A stretch of DNA of 64,000 nt, from positions 160,001 through 224,000 of the forward strand of contig CAWJQU010000001.1 in the NCBI GenBank assembly GCA_963845145.1, read 5' to 3'. This DNA comes from an uncultured delta proteobacterium. GTDB taxonomy: Bacteria; Desulfobacterota; Desulfobacteria; Desulfobacterales; QNYZ01. The notes under the pieces are model-generated. The model had not been told where the DNA came from, did no database searches, and saw only the letters and a list, made by a program, of their open reading frames with translations. The position numbers and the translations under genes were made by a program. The stretch's first letter is position 1. Each line of letters begins with the position of its first letter. Of this stretch, positions 10,058 to 19,554 are shown in pieces.

Positions 10058-10704
10058 TTTCGTTACGAAACATTTGTAAAAGATATCACTATCGAGGGCG
10101 CCCAATCGATGTCCTTACCGATATAAATTTGAACATCGACGCAGGCGAGGCGCTCTGCATACGAGCACCTTCGGGAAAGGGCAAGACCACCCTTCTTAAT
10201 ATTATGGGCGGCATGCTGACCCCGACATCCGGAACCGTTATCGTCAATGATCAGGACATTACCAATCTGCCACTTCATTTTCGTTCTTCTTTCCGGCGTG
10301 ACAACATCGGTTTCATTTTTCAACAATTCAACCTTCTACCGCGATTTACCGTCATGGAAAACCTGCTGTTCCCGTTGATACCGAAAGGTGCGAACTTATC
10401 TAATGAAGCGTTAAAGATCGAAGCGATCCTCGAGCGCCTCAAGATTGGCCACCGCAAACATTTTACCGTCAATCTTTTAAGTGGCGGGGAACAACAACGC
10501 GTGTCCGTAGCCCGGGCTTTGGTGAACAACCCCAAGGTTTTCATCGCCGATGAACCGTTCACCAATCTTGATCCGCACAATAAACAGTTCATTATTGATA
10601 TTTTTTCCGAACTGAAAGCGGGCGGAAAGACATTTATCTTCTCTTCTACATCCGACAAGGAAAATATGGGTAAGGGGCTTATCGATCGAGACATGAACCT
10701 ATGA
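10054..10704 (+). CDS. ABC transporter ATP-binding protein (LolD/MacB-like)
   Basis: APSGKGKTT, IGFIFQQFNLL, LSGGEQQRV, FIADEP. Confidence 0.92.
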   Translation: MISLRNICKRYHYRGRPIDVLTDINLNIDAGEALCIRAPSGKGKTTLLNIMGGMLTPTSGTVIVNDQDITNLPLHFRSSFRRDNIGFIFQQFNLLPRFTVMENLLFPLIPKGANLSNEALKIEAILERLKIGHRKHFTVNLLSGGEQQRVSVARALVNNPKVFIADEPFTNLDPHNKQFIIDIFSELKAGGKTFIFSSTSDKENMGKGLIDRDMNL

Positions 10705-11696
10705 TTATCAACAAAGTGATTGCGATATACTTTTTTTTACTCTTTGTCTCAATAGCTGTCGGTATGGTTGGCGGAGGTATCGGCCTCTCCTCTTTAATAA
10801 AGTGGAAGAAAGAACTTTCACATGAAAAACGCAACGCCATAGAAGAGAAGCTATACCTTAGCATGTCCGCCATATTTCTGGGTGTCTGCATACGGGTGGT
10901 CATGTTGCCGATCTGGTTCTATATGCTGCAAGGCTTGATACCCATTGTCCCCGGCGCCATGTGTCTGTCCGGCATTCACCAGAATGTCCCCTTCTATTCA
11001 TGGATTGCCAGCGCCTTGAAGCTGGTTCTCCCGTTTCTTTATCTCACCTGGCTTACCGTCAGTTTCATAGACCGGAAGAATAAAGCACAACCCTTCCTTA
11101 AGCTGAGACATCTTTTTCTATTTCCACTCGTCGTTTTTCTTCTGGTTGAATCGTTTTTTGATATCGCCTTCATTACATCCATAAAACCGATCCCCGTCCC
11201 CTGTTGCACGGCTCTTTTCGATATGGGTTCTGATACCTTGCCGGTTCTTTTCACAGATCGGCACTGGTACTTTGTAGGGGCATTTCTGGCAGCGCTTATT
11301 GCCCAACTTGCTGTTTTAAGTATTTCAACATTTAAAATTTCGGCATTTTTATCTGCCGGTTTTTTTTCGATAGCCATATTTATCTTGCTCCCCCTGGCAC
11401 ATCACACCCAGCTATCACCGCTTCTTCTCGAAACGCCATTTCATCATTGCGTTTTCTGCCTGCTTCAAAACAAACCGCCGATACTTTTAGGAACCGTCCT
11501 GATCCTGTTCGGTGTTTATTTTAGCTTTTCATACGCAGTGGTTGGTCTGTCAGCCATTAAATCGGAAGCCTTGGATGCGACCCGGTCATCACTATCAAGG
11601 TTGAAAGGGTTCGCTATCGCTGTTCTTGTCTCCGGATTATTCATTTTAGGCGGAATCATTGGTTTTTCTTTAATCAGCGCAGGAGGGTCATACTAA
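10701..11696 (+). CDS. Polytopic membrane protein with Cys/His motifs
   Basis: Multiple TMs with VPGAMC, PVPCCT and HHCVFC loops. Confidence 0.8.
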   Translation: MIINKVIAIYFFLLFVSIAVGMVGGGIGLSSLIKWKKELSHEKRNAIEEKLYLSMSAIFLGVCIRVVMLPIWFYMLQGLIPIVPGAMCLSGIHQNVPFYSWIASALKLVLPFLYLTWLTVSFIDRKNKAQPFLKLRHLFLFPLVVFLLVESFFDIAFITSIKPIPVPCCTALFDMGSDTLPVLFTDRHWYFVGAFLAALIAQLAVLSISTFKISAFLSAGFFSIAIFILLPLAHHTQLSPLLLETPFHHCVFCLLQNKPPILLGTVLILFGVYFSFSYAVVGLSAIKSEALDATRSSLSRLKGFAIAVLVSGLFILGGIIGFSLISAGGSY

Positions 11697-11698
11697 AA

Positions 11699-12583
11699 AT
11701 GAAAAAGTTTTCGATTGTATCAATCCTAATTGTCTGTTGGGTCGCCGTATCGATGCATTTGATCCCATTTCCACTGGCCTACGCAGCCAACCCGCTCATC
11801 GTTAAAGGGCCGATTACGGATGTCGATCAATACAACTATTGCCATCGCTGCGGAATGGCTGTCCATAAATCCGAGGCGGCGATTACCGTTACGGGTGTGC
11901 CGGGAGAGCCATGGTATCAATGCTGCCCCATGTGTGCCATGCTGGACGTTATAGAAACAGGAAACGGAAACGGCACCATTGAAGCCTATGGGCACTTGAG
12001 CCATGAAAAATCGCAATGGGTCATCGAGGATAAAGCACTGACCACGCTTACCCCGCCCCACGCCGTTGTGCTCGTCGGTGGAAGCTGTATGAAAAATCTA
12101 TTTTTCTCCTCAAAAGCGCAAGCCCTCAAATTTGTCACAGCCACCCCATGGGCTACGGAAAAAATGATCAAGCCGATTTCCAAGGTCTTCAATAACCTTG
12201 CCCAAAAAAAGAAAAGTTTTGACCATTGCTCCGTCTGTTCAACCAAAATGGCCGGTCATGAAAATACACTGTTCAGTGTCTTGACGAAGGATAAAAAACG
12301 GATCGTCGCTTGCTGCGGACATTGCGGACTCTTCATGTCATCGAAGCTCGGAGATAAAATAAAAAGAGGCTTCACTACGGATTTTAAAACCGGTAAAAGA
12401 ATAGACTCGGAAAAAGCCTATTATGTCGTCAATAATAAAATGGTTCTCTGCTGTTTTCCGTCAACCATTTCCTTTGCACACGAAAAAGATGCCCAAAACT
12501 TCCAAAAAGAGCATGGCGGAGAAATAATGTCCTTCAAACAGGCACTGGGCAACATCAAGATGGTGATGAAGGGGGAAAAATAA
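11699..12583 (+). CDS. Secreted Cys-rich metal-binding protein with tandem MerB/NosL-like domains
   Basis: Signal peptide; CHRCGM...CCPMC...C-x4-FFSS; CSVCST...CCGHC...TDFKTGKRIDSEKAYYV...ISFAHEKDAQNFQKEHGG (NosL-like). Confidence 0.75.
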   Translation: MKKFSIVSILIVCWVAVSMHLIPFPLAYAANPLIVKGPITDVDQYNYCHRCGMAVHKSEAAITVTGVPGEPWYQCCPMCAMLDVIETGNGNGTIEAYGHLSHEKSQWVIEDKALTTLTPPHAVVLVGGSCMKNLFFSSKAQALKFVTATPWATEKMIKPISKVFNNLAQKKKSFDHCSVCSTKMAGHENTLFSVLTKDKKRIVACCGHCGLFMSSKLGDKIKRGFTTDFKTGKRIDSEKAYYVVNNKMVLCCFPSTISFAHEKDAQNFQKEHGGEIMSFKQALGNIKMVMKGEK

Positions 12584-12598
12584 AGCGCATCTGTAAAA

Positions 12599-12639
12599 AA
12601 AACCGTAACCCAATCGGTGCACCGAGGGGTTACGGTTTT
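12599..12639. terminator. Bidirectional rho-independent terminator-like hairpin
   Basis: AAAACCGTAACCC ... GGGTTACGGTTTT directly after the operon. Confidence 0.75.
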
Positions 12640-12759
12640 AATTGTTTTTGGTGGACGGATTGGCTTGCAAATCAAAAGTGGTGATTTTCACCGCCTTTTG
12701 TTCATCGCCGCTGAGTTTGGCGAGACTGTAGGTAAAGGTGTCGGCAATGCGAAAGTTCA

Positions 12760-13398
12760 TTACCGGCTGCCCTGAATCAGTATTTGTGACATTTCCGACA
12801 GGCCAATTGCCTCTACCCCCACGGAAATCGGATACCGCTCATCACCGGCATACACCACAAAACTCTTATGCGGCTGAATATCCTCACAGGCGTTGTAAAA
12901 TCCCTTTTTGGGCTTGGCCGACAAAGATCGCTTGATTTCTATGGCCCATATTTCAGACAAACCGGGAAATTCCAGAACCAGATCCACTTCAGCACCTGCC
13001 GACGTTCTGTAGAAACTGGTCAGTGTCATGTCATCGATAACGGATAACAGGTTTTCAATGACAAACCCTTCCCAACTCACACCCACAACCGGATGCCCGG
13101 ACAGTTGATTAAAATCCTCAATATCAAGCAGTGCGTGCAGCAACCCGCTGTCCCTCACATAAACCTTTGGCGATTTCACCAGCCGTTTGCGTACATTGGC
13201 GTGAAAAGGTCTAAGCCTCCGGACCAATAGCAAATCCACCAGCATATCAATATAGGCGATACGGCCGGCCAGTGACTCACCAGACTGCCGCAACAAATCT
13301 ATTGAAGCGGAACCCAAAATCAGAAAGCGTCCCGTTCCTTTACCCCGGCGGCGGCCTTTGTCAATTATTCCACGCAAAGGCTGAAACAACTCTGGTGC
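12760..13398 (-). pseudogene. AAA_14/DUF4143 ATPase remnant, 5' truncated with an internal in-frame deletion
   Basis: Begins mid-protein (APELFQPLRGIID) with no Walker A/B. ESLAGRIAYI is joined directly to DMLVDLLLVRRL...KSPKVYVRDSGL. C-terminal EVDLV...AIEIK. Confidence 0.8.
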
Positions 13399-13511
13399 AA
13401 GGCGTAGGTGACCCAGTAATCCTTTTCGATAAAGATCTCAGGAATGTTCAACTGGGCAGCAGTGGCAGTCACTGCCTGGCGAAAAAGGGTCTCCTCTTCA
13501 TGCAGTCTCAT
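13365..13511 (-). pseudogene. Truncated AbiEii-type nucleotidyltransferase toxin (48 aa)
   Basis: MRLHEEETLFRQAVTATAAQLNIPEIFIEKDYWVTYALH then out-of-frame ATPase sequence. EKDYWV is typical of AbiEii N-termini. ATGA overlap with the antitoxin. Confidence 0.8.
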
Positions 13512-14233
13512 TTGATACCCCACCTGGAAGCAGAAAGAAGCACCTCGGAAAGTCCGGGAATTGTGTATGAGGTTAGAGGGTTGAGTGACTTTTTTAATTT
13601 TTTCGTCACCTCCTCACGGCCAAGATCACTGAGCAGTGCACCCAGCAATGCCCTGGTGGATGGTTGATATTTTATGGCAAGCCTGACGATGGTTTCCTGA
13701 TCTTTCTCAGAGAAATCTGAGATGAGATTTTGCACGATTCTGCAGGTATTTTTAACGGAGGAATCGGGGATCTTTTTTATAAAGCGCAGGGCATCAAGGA
13801 GTTGGAGAAGAAATATGTTTTCTTTGGTGATACTATTTTTCTGTTTCACAAAAGATATGGTGTATTTCCCTCGTTTAAAAGATGAACGCACTTCGTTTCT
13901 GCCAATCTGGATGGTGCTGCCAACCTGGGTGGTGAGACCGAGCGTGTTATATATGCTGAGTCCGGTGAGATAACCCACCACCTTACCACCATTTTCCAGA
14001 AGATCTTTCACCACCTGATACTGGTCAGGTGGCAGTTCGCCAAAAGGTGACTGTTCAGGTTTATAATATTTACCCTTGGCAAGCTTGACAATTTTGCCGG
14101 ATGCAGCAAGCCGATTAAGAGCCTTCGCTAAAGCCTCCTTGCTTTCCACCTTCCCAGCAAATTCACCATAGGTAAAAACATAGCCCTTTGGGAAACGATC
14201 AATTCTATTCTTTATGTATTCAGTAGCTTTCAT
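13508..14233 (-). CDS. AbiEi-type (DUF6088-like) type IV antitoxin / transcriptional regulator
   Basis: N-terminal wHTH KALNRLAASGKIVKLAKGKYYKP; GYLTG...LGLTTQV. Confidence 0.8.
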   Translation of the reverse strand: MKATEYIKNRIDRFPKGYVFTYGEFAGKVESKEALAKALNRLAASGKIVKLAKGKYYKPEQSPFGELPPDQYQVVKDLLENGGKVVGYLTGLSIYNTLGLTTQVGSTIQIGRNEVRSSFKRGKYTISFVKQKNSITKENIFLLQLLDALRFIKKIPDSSVKNTCRIVQNLISDFSEKDQETIVRLAIKYQPSTRALLGALLSDLGREEVTKKLKKSLNPLTSYTIPGLSEVLLSASRWGIK

Positions 14234-14261
14234 GTGACCACCTATATATAAAAGAAAAATA

Positions 14262-14295
14262 TTTGTCCAGTTTTTTGTATAAAAAACTGGACAAA
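14262..14295. promoter_or_regulatory. Perfect 15-bp inverted repeat, probable AbiEi autorepression operator
   Basis: TTTGTCCAGTTTTTT-GTAT-AAAAAACTGGACAAA, about 28 nt upstream of the antitoxin ATG. Confidence 0.7.
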
Positions 14296-14607
14296 CTTAC
14301 AGCCAGAGGAGAAGTGAAAAGGGTGAATTTTCCCCTTTCTCACTTTACACTTCTAATCCCTCCGGCATCTTTTCAGCGTCCGGGATGCGGAGTTCTCCGG
14401 AGAGGAGTTTGGGGACCAGGGTACGGAAAATCTTGCGAATAGGGGTGGCTGCGCTTCAGTGCACCGTGGCTTCAAATCGGCGGGATGATCCCACTTCAAC
14501 ACGGGTTAAGGGAAAAAGTGGGTCATCATTTCCCCAGAGCTTTTCATCCCGAAGATATGGCACCCAATCGGTAGCGATCTGGACAACCCCTTCGTCCACT
14601 GGAAATG

Positions 14608-14643
14608 AAAAACCCCAAAGTCTTTGGTATGACTTGGGGTTTT
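14608..14643 (-). terminator. Terminator downstream of the tRNA
   Basis: AAAACCCCAA...TTGGGGTTTT hairpin. Confidence 0.65.
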
Positions 14644-14674
14644 GTATGTTACCGGAACGCTCCGGATTCTATTT

Positions 14675-14751
14675 TGGTGGCGATGCAGGGATTTGAACCC
14701 CGGACACTGCGGATATGAGCCGCATGCTCTGACCACCTGAGCTACATCGCC
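14675..14751 (-). tRNA. tRNA-Met(CAT), probably elongator (Ile2 not excluded)
   Basis: GGCGATGTAGCTCAGGTGGTCAGAGCATGCGGCTCATATCCGCAGTGTCCGGGGTTCAAATCCCTGCATCGCCACCA: paired G1-C72, CAT anticodon, encoded CCA. Confidence 0.95.
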
Positions 14752-14830
14752 AAGTTGTTCGGCCGCTATCTACCAGCACAGGCAGTGGGAGTCAAGTCGA
14801 AAACGACGAGCCGCTTTGGGCATCCATCCC

Positions 14831-17800
14831 TTATGAGGCGGTCGAACCGACCACCTCGATAGAAAATTCTTCGATATCAGTCGGTAATCCGGAAAAGACA
14901 ATCATAAACGGCACTGTTTTCCCAGGTCCGACGGTTGGTATGCCGCTTCCGCCAATCCCTGCTTTATTGGACAATTGGCTTTGAAGCTCGGTAACAGGTT
15001 TGGTTGTTAATTCGGCATCCGGAAGCAAATTGCCGCATAGTGCGGCCTGGGAGGCCACTTGTTTTCCTCCAGCGGCATAAACATTACCCCGGACTTGGAT
15101 CGTGCCGCGCGGTTTGTCATATTGGTTCAAGGCCTGGCCGGTGATTACAAACAACCGCCCACTCTTCTTATTCAATATAAATTTACCTTTAATATCAGCG
15201 GTTTTTATTTGAGCCTTGCCAACTGCGTCCACTGTCTTACCGCTGTCATTTTTCAAGACATTATCCAAAAATGGAATGTTCACATTATTTAGCCCTGGAA
15301 CTTTAACAATCCCCTTGGCATTTAATCCATACAAAAGCCCCAACAAGAGAATAATGGCCAAGAGTATCAATAATGGTCTGCTCGTTCGCCGCTTGGGCAT
15401 GTCCTGAAATCTACCCGGAGGCATAGGCGCTTTTACATCCGCGGCCTTACCACCCTTATCAATCGATTTCGTGACAGGTTCCGGCTCTTTTTGCTCCTCA
15501 GGTTCCCCCTTTTCCAATACGAACGCTTCCTCGGTATCATCCTCTACCGGAGCCGTTGCCGATTCCACCTCTTTTTCCTTTTCGTCCACTGAGTTATCGA
15601 AATCGTCCAATTCTAATATCGGCAGGCTATCCTCGGGGGGCGCATCTCCCAATTTATCCAGAAAATCGAAATCATTCCCTTTTGATTCAGACTCGCCAGC
15701 GGAGGTGGCATCCGTTTCGAGATCAAGTGCATTTTCAACCAGGGTGTCGTCAAAAACCTCGGCTGGAGCAAGCAACTCATCCAATATCGGTAGATCGACC
15801 CCGTCTTCAATATTAAGGGGTTCGTCCAGATCCGGCCGTTCAAGGTCCAGGTTGAGTACATCGGCCCGTCTCTTGTCTGCTTTAACGGGCTTTTGTTCCG
15901 ACTTTTCGTTTTTCGTTCCCTCCTCCGAGGCATCCGGCATGTCAGTACTTCCCAGCTCAAGATCCAAGGATTCAATTTGATCCGAATCCAGAACGAAATT
16001 TATATCATCGACGGACTCGTCACTTTCCAGGTCGGTATTCTCGGCAGATGATCCGATATCGCTCATTTCCAGATCCAGGGAATTAACTTCGTTCAAATTT
16101 AACATGAAGTCATCTCCCGCCAAATCCTGTGCGTCCGTATCTACGGCTTCAAGATCAAGCGCCGCGATCTGGTCGGCATCCAGGCCAAAGTCCGAGTCTG
16201 CACCGGAACTATCCGCCTTTGGGGCACCATCGTCGCTCATTTCAAGCCCATCAAGATTTTCGAGATCGAAATCGAAAGATTCGAGCGAATCTGACGGTTC
16301 ACCATCTTGAGATGCGTCTTTCTCCGAAATGAGATCATCAAGGTTGTCCGGCTCCGTGCCCGACAAGTCTACACTGTCTGTATCTATACTGCCTAAATCT
16401 ATACTGTCTGGATCAAGGCTCAAATCCCCATCCTCGGTCAATGTCTCTTCGAACGGCGCTTCTTCATCCGGCGAAATTAGCGCCTCAAGGCTTTCAAGCT
16501 CTTCATCAAATGATTCAATCAAGCTCGTATTAAGGCTGAATCCATCATCCTCATCGGCGTCTTCATCCTCGGATAAAGCCAACTCTTTCAGGTCATTCAG
16601 CTCTATATCAAACGATTCTATCTCACTGGTGTCCAAACCCAGCGCTTCTTCCTCATCCGCCGGTTCCTCAATATCCGGTCCTCAATATCCGGATCCCAAT
16701 ATCCGGATCCTCAATATCAAGATCATCCAAATCGGGTAACAACCCCTCCATGTTTTCCGATACGGATTCTAAAAAGTCATCATCAACAAGAGCCTTCCCA
16801 TCATCAGACGTTAGGTCAGCCAGTTCGGCTTCCTTCGTCTCAAGCGCGACATCGGCCTCTTCGGATAAGTCTTCCGGGGGTGATGACTCCGTTGCGATAT
16901 CTTCTAAATTGTCCAGATCGAATTCAAAATCCTCAATCTGGATGGTATCCAGGCCAGCGGATTCTTCAACCGATACCACTTCGTCACTCGGGCTTTCGGT
17001 GAGGCTTTCCAATGTGATGGTATCCGTCCCGATATTTTCCTGCCCTATATTATCCTCTGGGACCTCTTCCGAATTCAATAAAGCGGCCAAATCAAGGTCA
17101 GGATCGGTTTCAGCCTCCAACTCGGATCCCCGTGATTTTTCTGCAGCCTCGACTCTGTCTAGCGCATTTTCAAGTTCATCCAAAGAAATCTCGTCTGCAC
17201 TGCCCGAGTCACTGGTCGTGATTGGAGATTCATCATTTGATGTGTCGCTTTCTAAGAGATCATTAAATCCATCTTCGAGATCATCCAATCCATCTTCGAA
17301 AGCTGACGCTTCGATTACCGATGAATCGGTAAAATCATCTCCCAGCTCACCCAGATCAATAACTTCAATTTCTTCACTACCACTAACGATCAAATCTTCC
17401 GCGGTGATTTCCTGGATGGCGGGGTGATCATCATCTATCAATTCCTCTGCCGTAGTTTGCTGAACGGCGGCATCATCATCTAACAGATCATCATCACCAC
17501 CAAAAAGATCGTCCAGCCCTTCTTCCAGATCGGCGAGTTCAAGATCGTCCATGCCGGATGGTTGCGCATCTTGCACGATTGGTTCACTGATTTCGTCCAA
17601 AAACGAGTCATCATCAGATTCATCAGTCCCAAGTATTTTATCAAGTTCATCGGCAAGATCCGGCATATCCGTTTCTTCCGTATTCCATTCAACGTCCTCG
17701 ACGGTAGAAGGAGCAGCCTCATTCGATGTTTCCTCCAAGAAGCCCCCGGTCCGCAAGTCAGCGTCAATCTTATCTATCGGGTCGGCCTCAAAATCGTCGA

Positions 17801-17978
17801 GGTCCACGCTTTCCACATCTACCAACGAAGAAAAGGAATCGTCGACAGCAGCTTCAGCGATAGGAAACGCCGTAAAAATATGGCGGCACTTGGAGCACCG
17901 AACCTTAGTGCCCCTAGGCTTAACCAGTCTACTTGCCAGATGATACCGAGTGGCACATTGTTGACAGCTAATGATCAT
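14831..17978 (-). CDS. Zinc-ribbon (MJ0042-type) / long acidic linker / TM / DUF3426-like protein, split by a frameshift near 16665-16720
   Basis: N-terminal CQQCATRY...VRCSKCRHIF in ORF 16668-17978. Asp/Glu-rich linker continues in ORF 14831-16636 to a TM and a periplasmic domain (LFVITG...PFMIVF). Confidence 0.8.
16660..16718. repeat. Four degenerate 14/15-nt tandem units (GATATTGAGGATCCG on the minus strand)
   Basis: Units of 15, 14, 14 and 15 nt. The two 14-mers cause the frameshift. Confidence 0.85.
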
Positions 17979-18083
17979 ACTTGGCTCCTGTTAAAAATTC
18001 CCAGTTTTATCGTAACGCCATTCATATAACTTTGCTGATGAAGCAATATGAGCAGAACAACCTCAAGTCAAATACCAGAGTTA

Positions 18084-18099
18084 AGCAATATTTGTGCCA
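18084..18099 (-). promoter_or_regulatory. Sigma54 (-24/-12) promoter
   Basis: Minus strand TGGCAC-AAATA-TTGCT matches TGGCAC-N5-TTGCW, about 105 nt upstream of ATG 17978. Confidence 0.75.
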
Positions 18100-18482
18100 T
18101 AGCATGGCATTTAAACGCGCCTTTTGGATGCCTGGGCAGGAAACGGATTGGAATGTTGCAATAGATTTTGGAAAAGGGAAAAACCGATGAATACCCTGAT
18201 ATTTCAAAAGAAATCCTAAGGCGCCAGAAATTCTGGAATGAGAAAGACCATTGTTTCTAGTTTCAAAAAGTCTAACCGGCAACTTGTTTTTCTTTTTCCA
18301 CACGGCCTTAATTGGCAAAATAAAGACCTTCACGGATTTCGGATTACAAGAATGTAAGTAAGCGCGCAGATATTGTAAGGCTGGCTTTGCATTATCCGGA
18401 CATAGTAGCAACACCTGGTTACCAAATCAACCGATATCGGCTTATAATCACCGACTATCATTATATTAAGTAAAAATTCTCG

Positions 18483-19394
18483 CTATAGGCCGGTTTCAGC
18501 CATTTTTTCTACGAGTTCGGTTTGTTCCTCGGACAACTCTTTGGGAAGGGAGACAAGAATTTTAATAAAAAGATCGCCCCGGCGTGGTGTATTCATGATG
18601 GGCAGCCCTTGTCCGGCCAGACGCATTTTGGTCTGATGTTTGGTCCCCGCAGGGATTTTAAGGCGTTTTTCAATACCGTCCGGTGTCTTGATGACAATAG
18701 TTGTACCCAGCAAAGCCTCAGTTAGCCGAATCTCCCGGTCTAGATGAAGGTCGTTTTGTATAACGCTAAAACCGGATTCGGGCACAATCTTGGCCTTAAT
18801 AAAAAGGTCTCCCGGCGCGCCCCCATAAGGGCTCGGCTCACCTTTACCGCCCAAACGCAACTTTTTCCCTGTGATGAACCCCTTGGGAATCTTAACGGTT
18901 AAATTTTCGCTCCGACCATTGTGCTTAAAGCTGACGGATTTTTGAGCGCCGCTGATCACTTCCGCCAGCGTAAGCGGGAGTTCATACACCAGATCTTTTC
19001 CCTTAACGTTGGCTTGCGCCGCTCTTCCCTGCCCGAAACCATCAAATGGATTTCCGCCGCCGCCAAAGGTAAAGCGCGTGCCCCCCTGGTTTTTCCCGCC
19101 GAACCCAAACTCTCTGAAAATATCACCAAAATCGAAATTACGAAAAATATCTTCCTGGGAATACCGTTGTTGAAATCCGGCGGACCCAAACGTATCGTAC
19201 TGCTGCCGCTTTTCCTTATCACTCAGGACCGCATAGGCCTCACTGACCTGCTTAAATTTTTCTTCCGCCGATTTGTCACCTTTGGTGTGATCGGGATGAT
19301 ATTTCATGGCAAGTTTACGATACGCTTTTTTAATTTCATTGTCGGTGGCCTTTTTGTCCACCCCTAACACTTTGTAATAATTTGCTTCGGCCAT
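18483..19394 (-). CDS. DnaJ-class chaperone without zinc finger (CbpA-like)
   Basis: J domain with HPD, G/F-rich region, DnaJ_C, no CxxCxGxG repeats. Confidence 0.93.
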   Translation of the reverse strand: MAEANYYKVLGVDKKATDNEIKKAYRKLAMKYHPDHTKGDKSAEEKFKQVSEAYAVLSDKEKRQQYDTFGSAGFQQRYSQEDIFRNFDFGDIFREFGFGGKNQGGTRFTFGGGGNPFDGFGQGRAAQANVKGKDLVYELPLTLAEVISGAQKSVSFKHNGRSENLTVKIPKGFITGKKLRLGGKGEPSPYGGAPGDLFIKAKIVPESGFSVIQNDLHLDREIRLTEALLGTTIVIKTPDGIEKRLKIPAGTKHQTKMRLAGQGLPIMNTPRRGDLFIKILVSLPKELSEEQTELVEKMAETGL

Positions 19395-19554
19395 GCGCGC
19401 TTCCCTTCAACAGTTGCGATGTTTAGATACCAGATATTTAGATACCAATTGATTCGATTGGATGACCGTATTCCGAATCATCAATCATAACTATTTAAAA
19501 ATAGTTAAAATATTTGTCATGTCAAGTTCCCTTAAAGTCCGGATAGAAGGCCAT

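Noticed and set aside
8500..12583. Nitrous oxide reductase (nos) or mer operon
   Set aside because: No nosZ/nosD or merA/merR in the window; only fold-level similarity of one protein.
14385..14736. ORFs of 103 and 76 aa near the tRNA
   Set aside because: They overlap the tRNA and terminator and have no recognisable motifs.
16660..16718. CRISPR array
   Set aside because: Adjacent 14-15 nt coding repeats with no spacers and no cas genes. The 7-mer array at 29198 fails for the same reason.
15471..17943. Long Ser-rich plus-strand ORFs
   Set aside because: Antisense shadows of the Asp/Glu-rich minus-strand gene.
18022..18414. 130-aa minus-strand ORF
   Set aside because: No RBS or motif; it spans an AT-rich regulatory region containing the sigma54 site.
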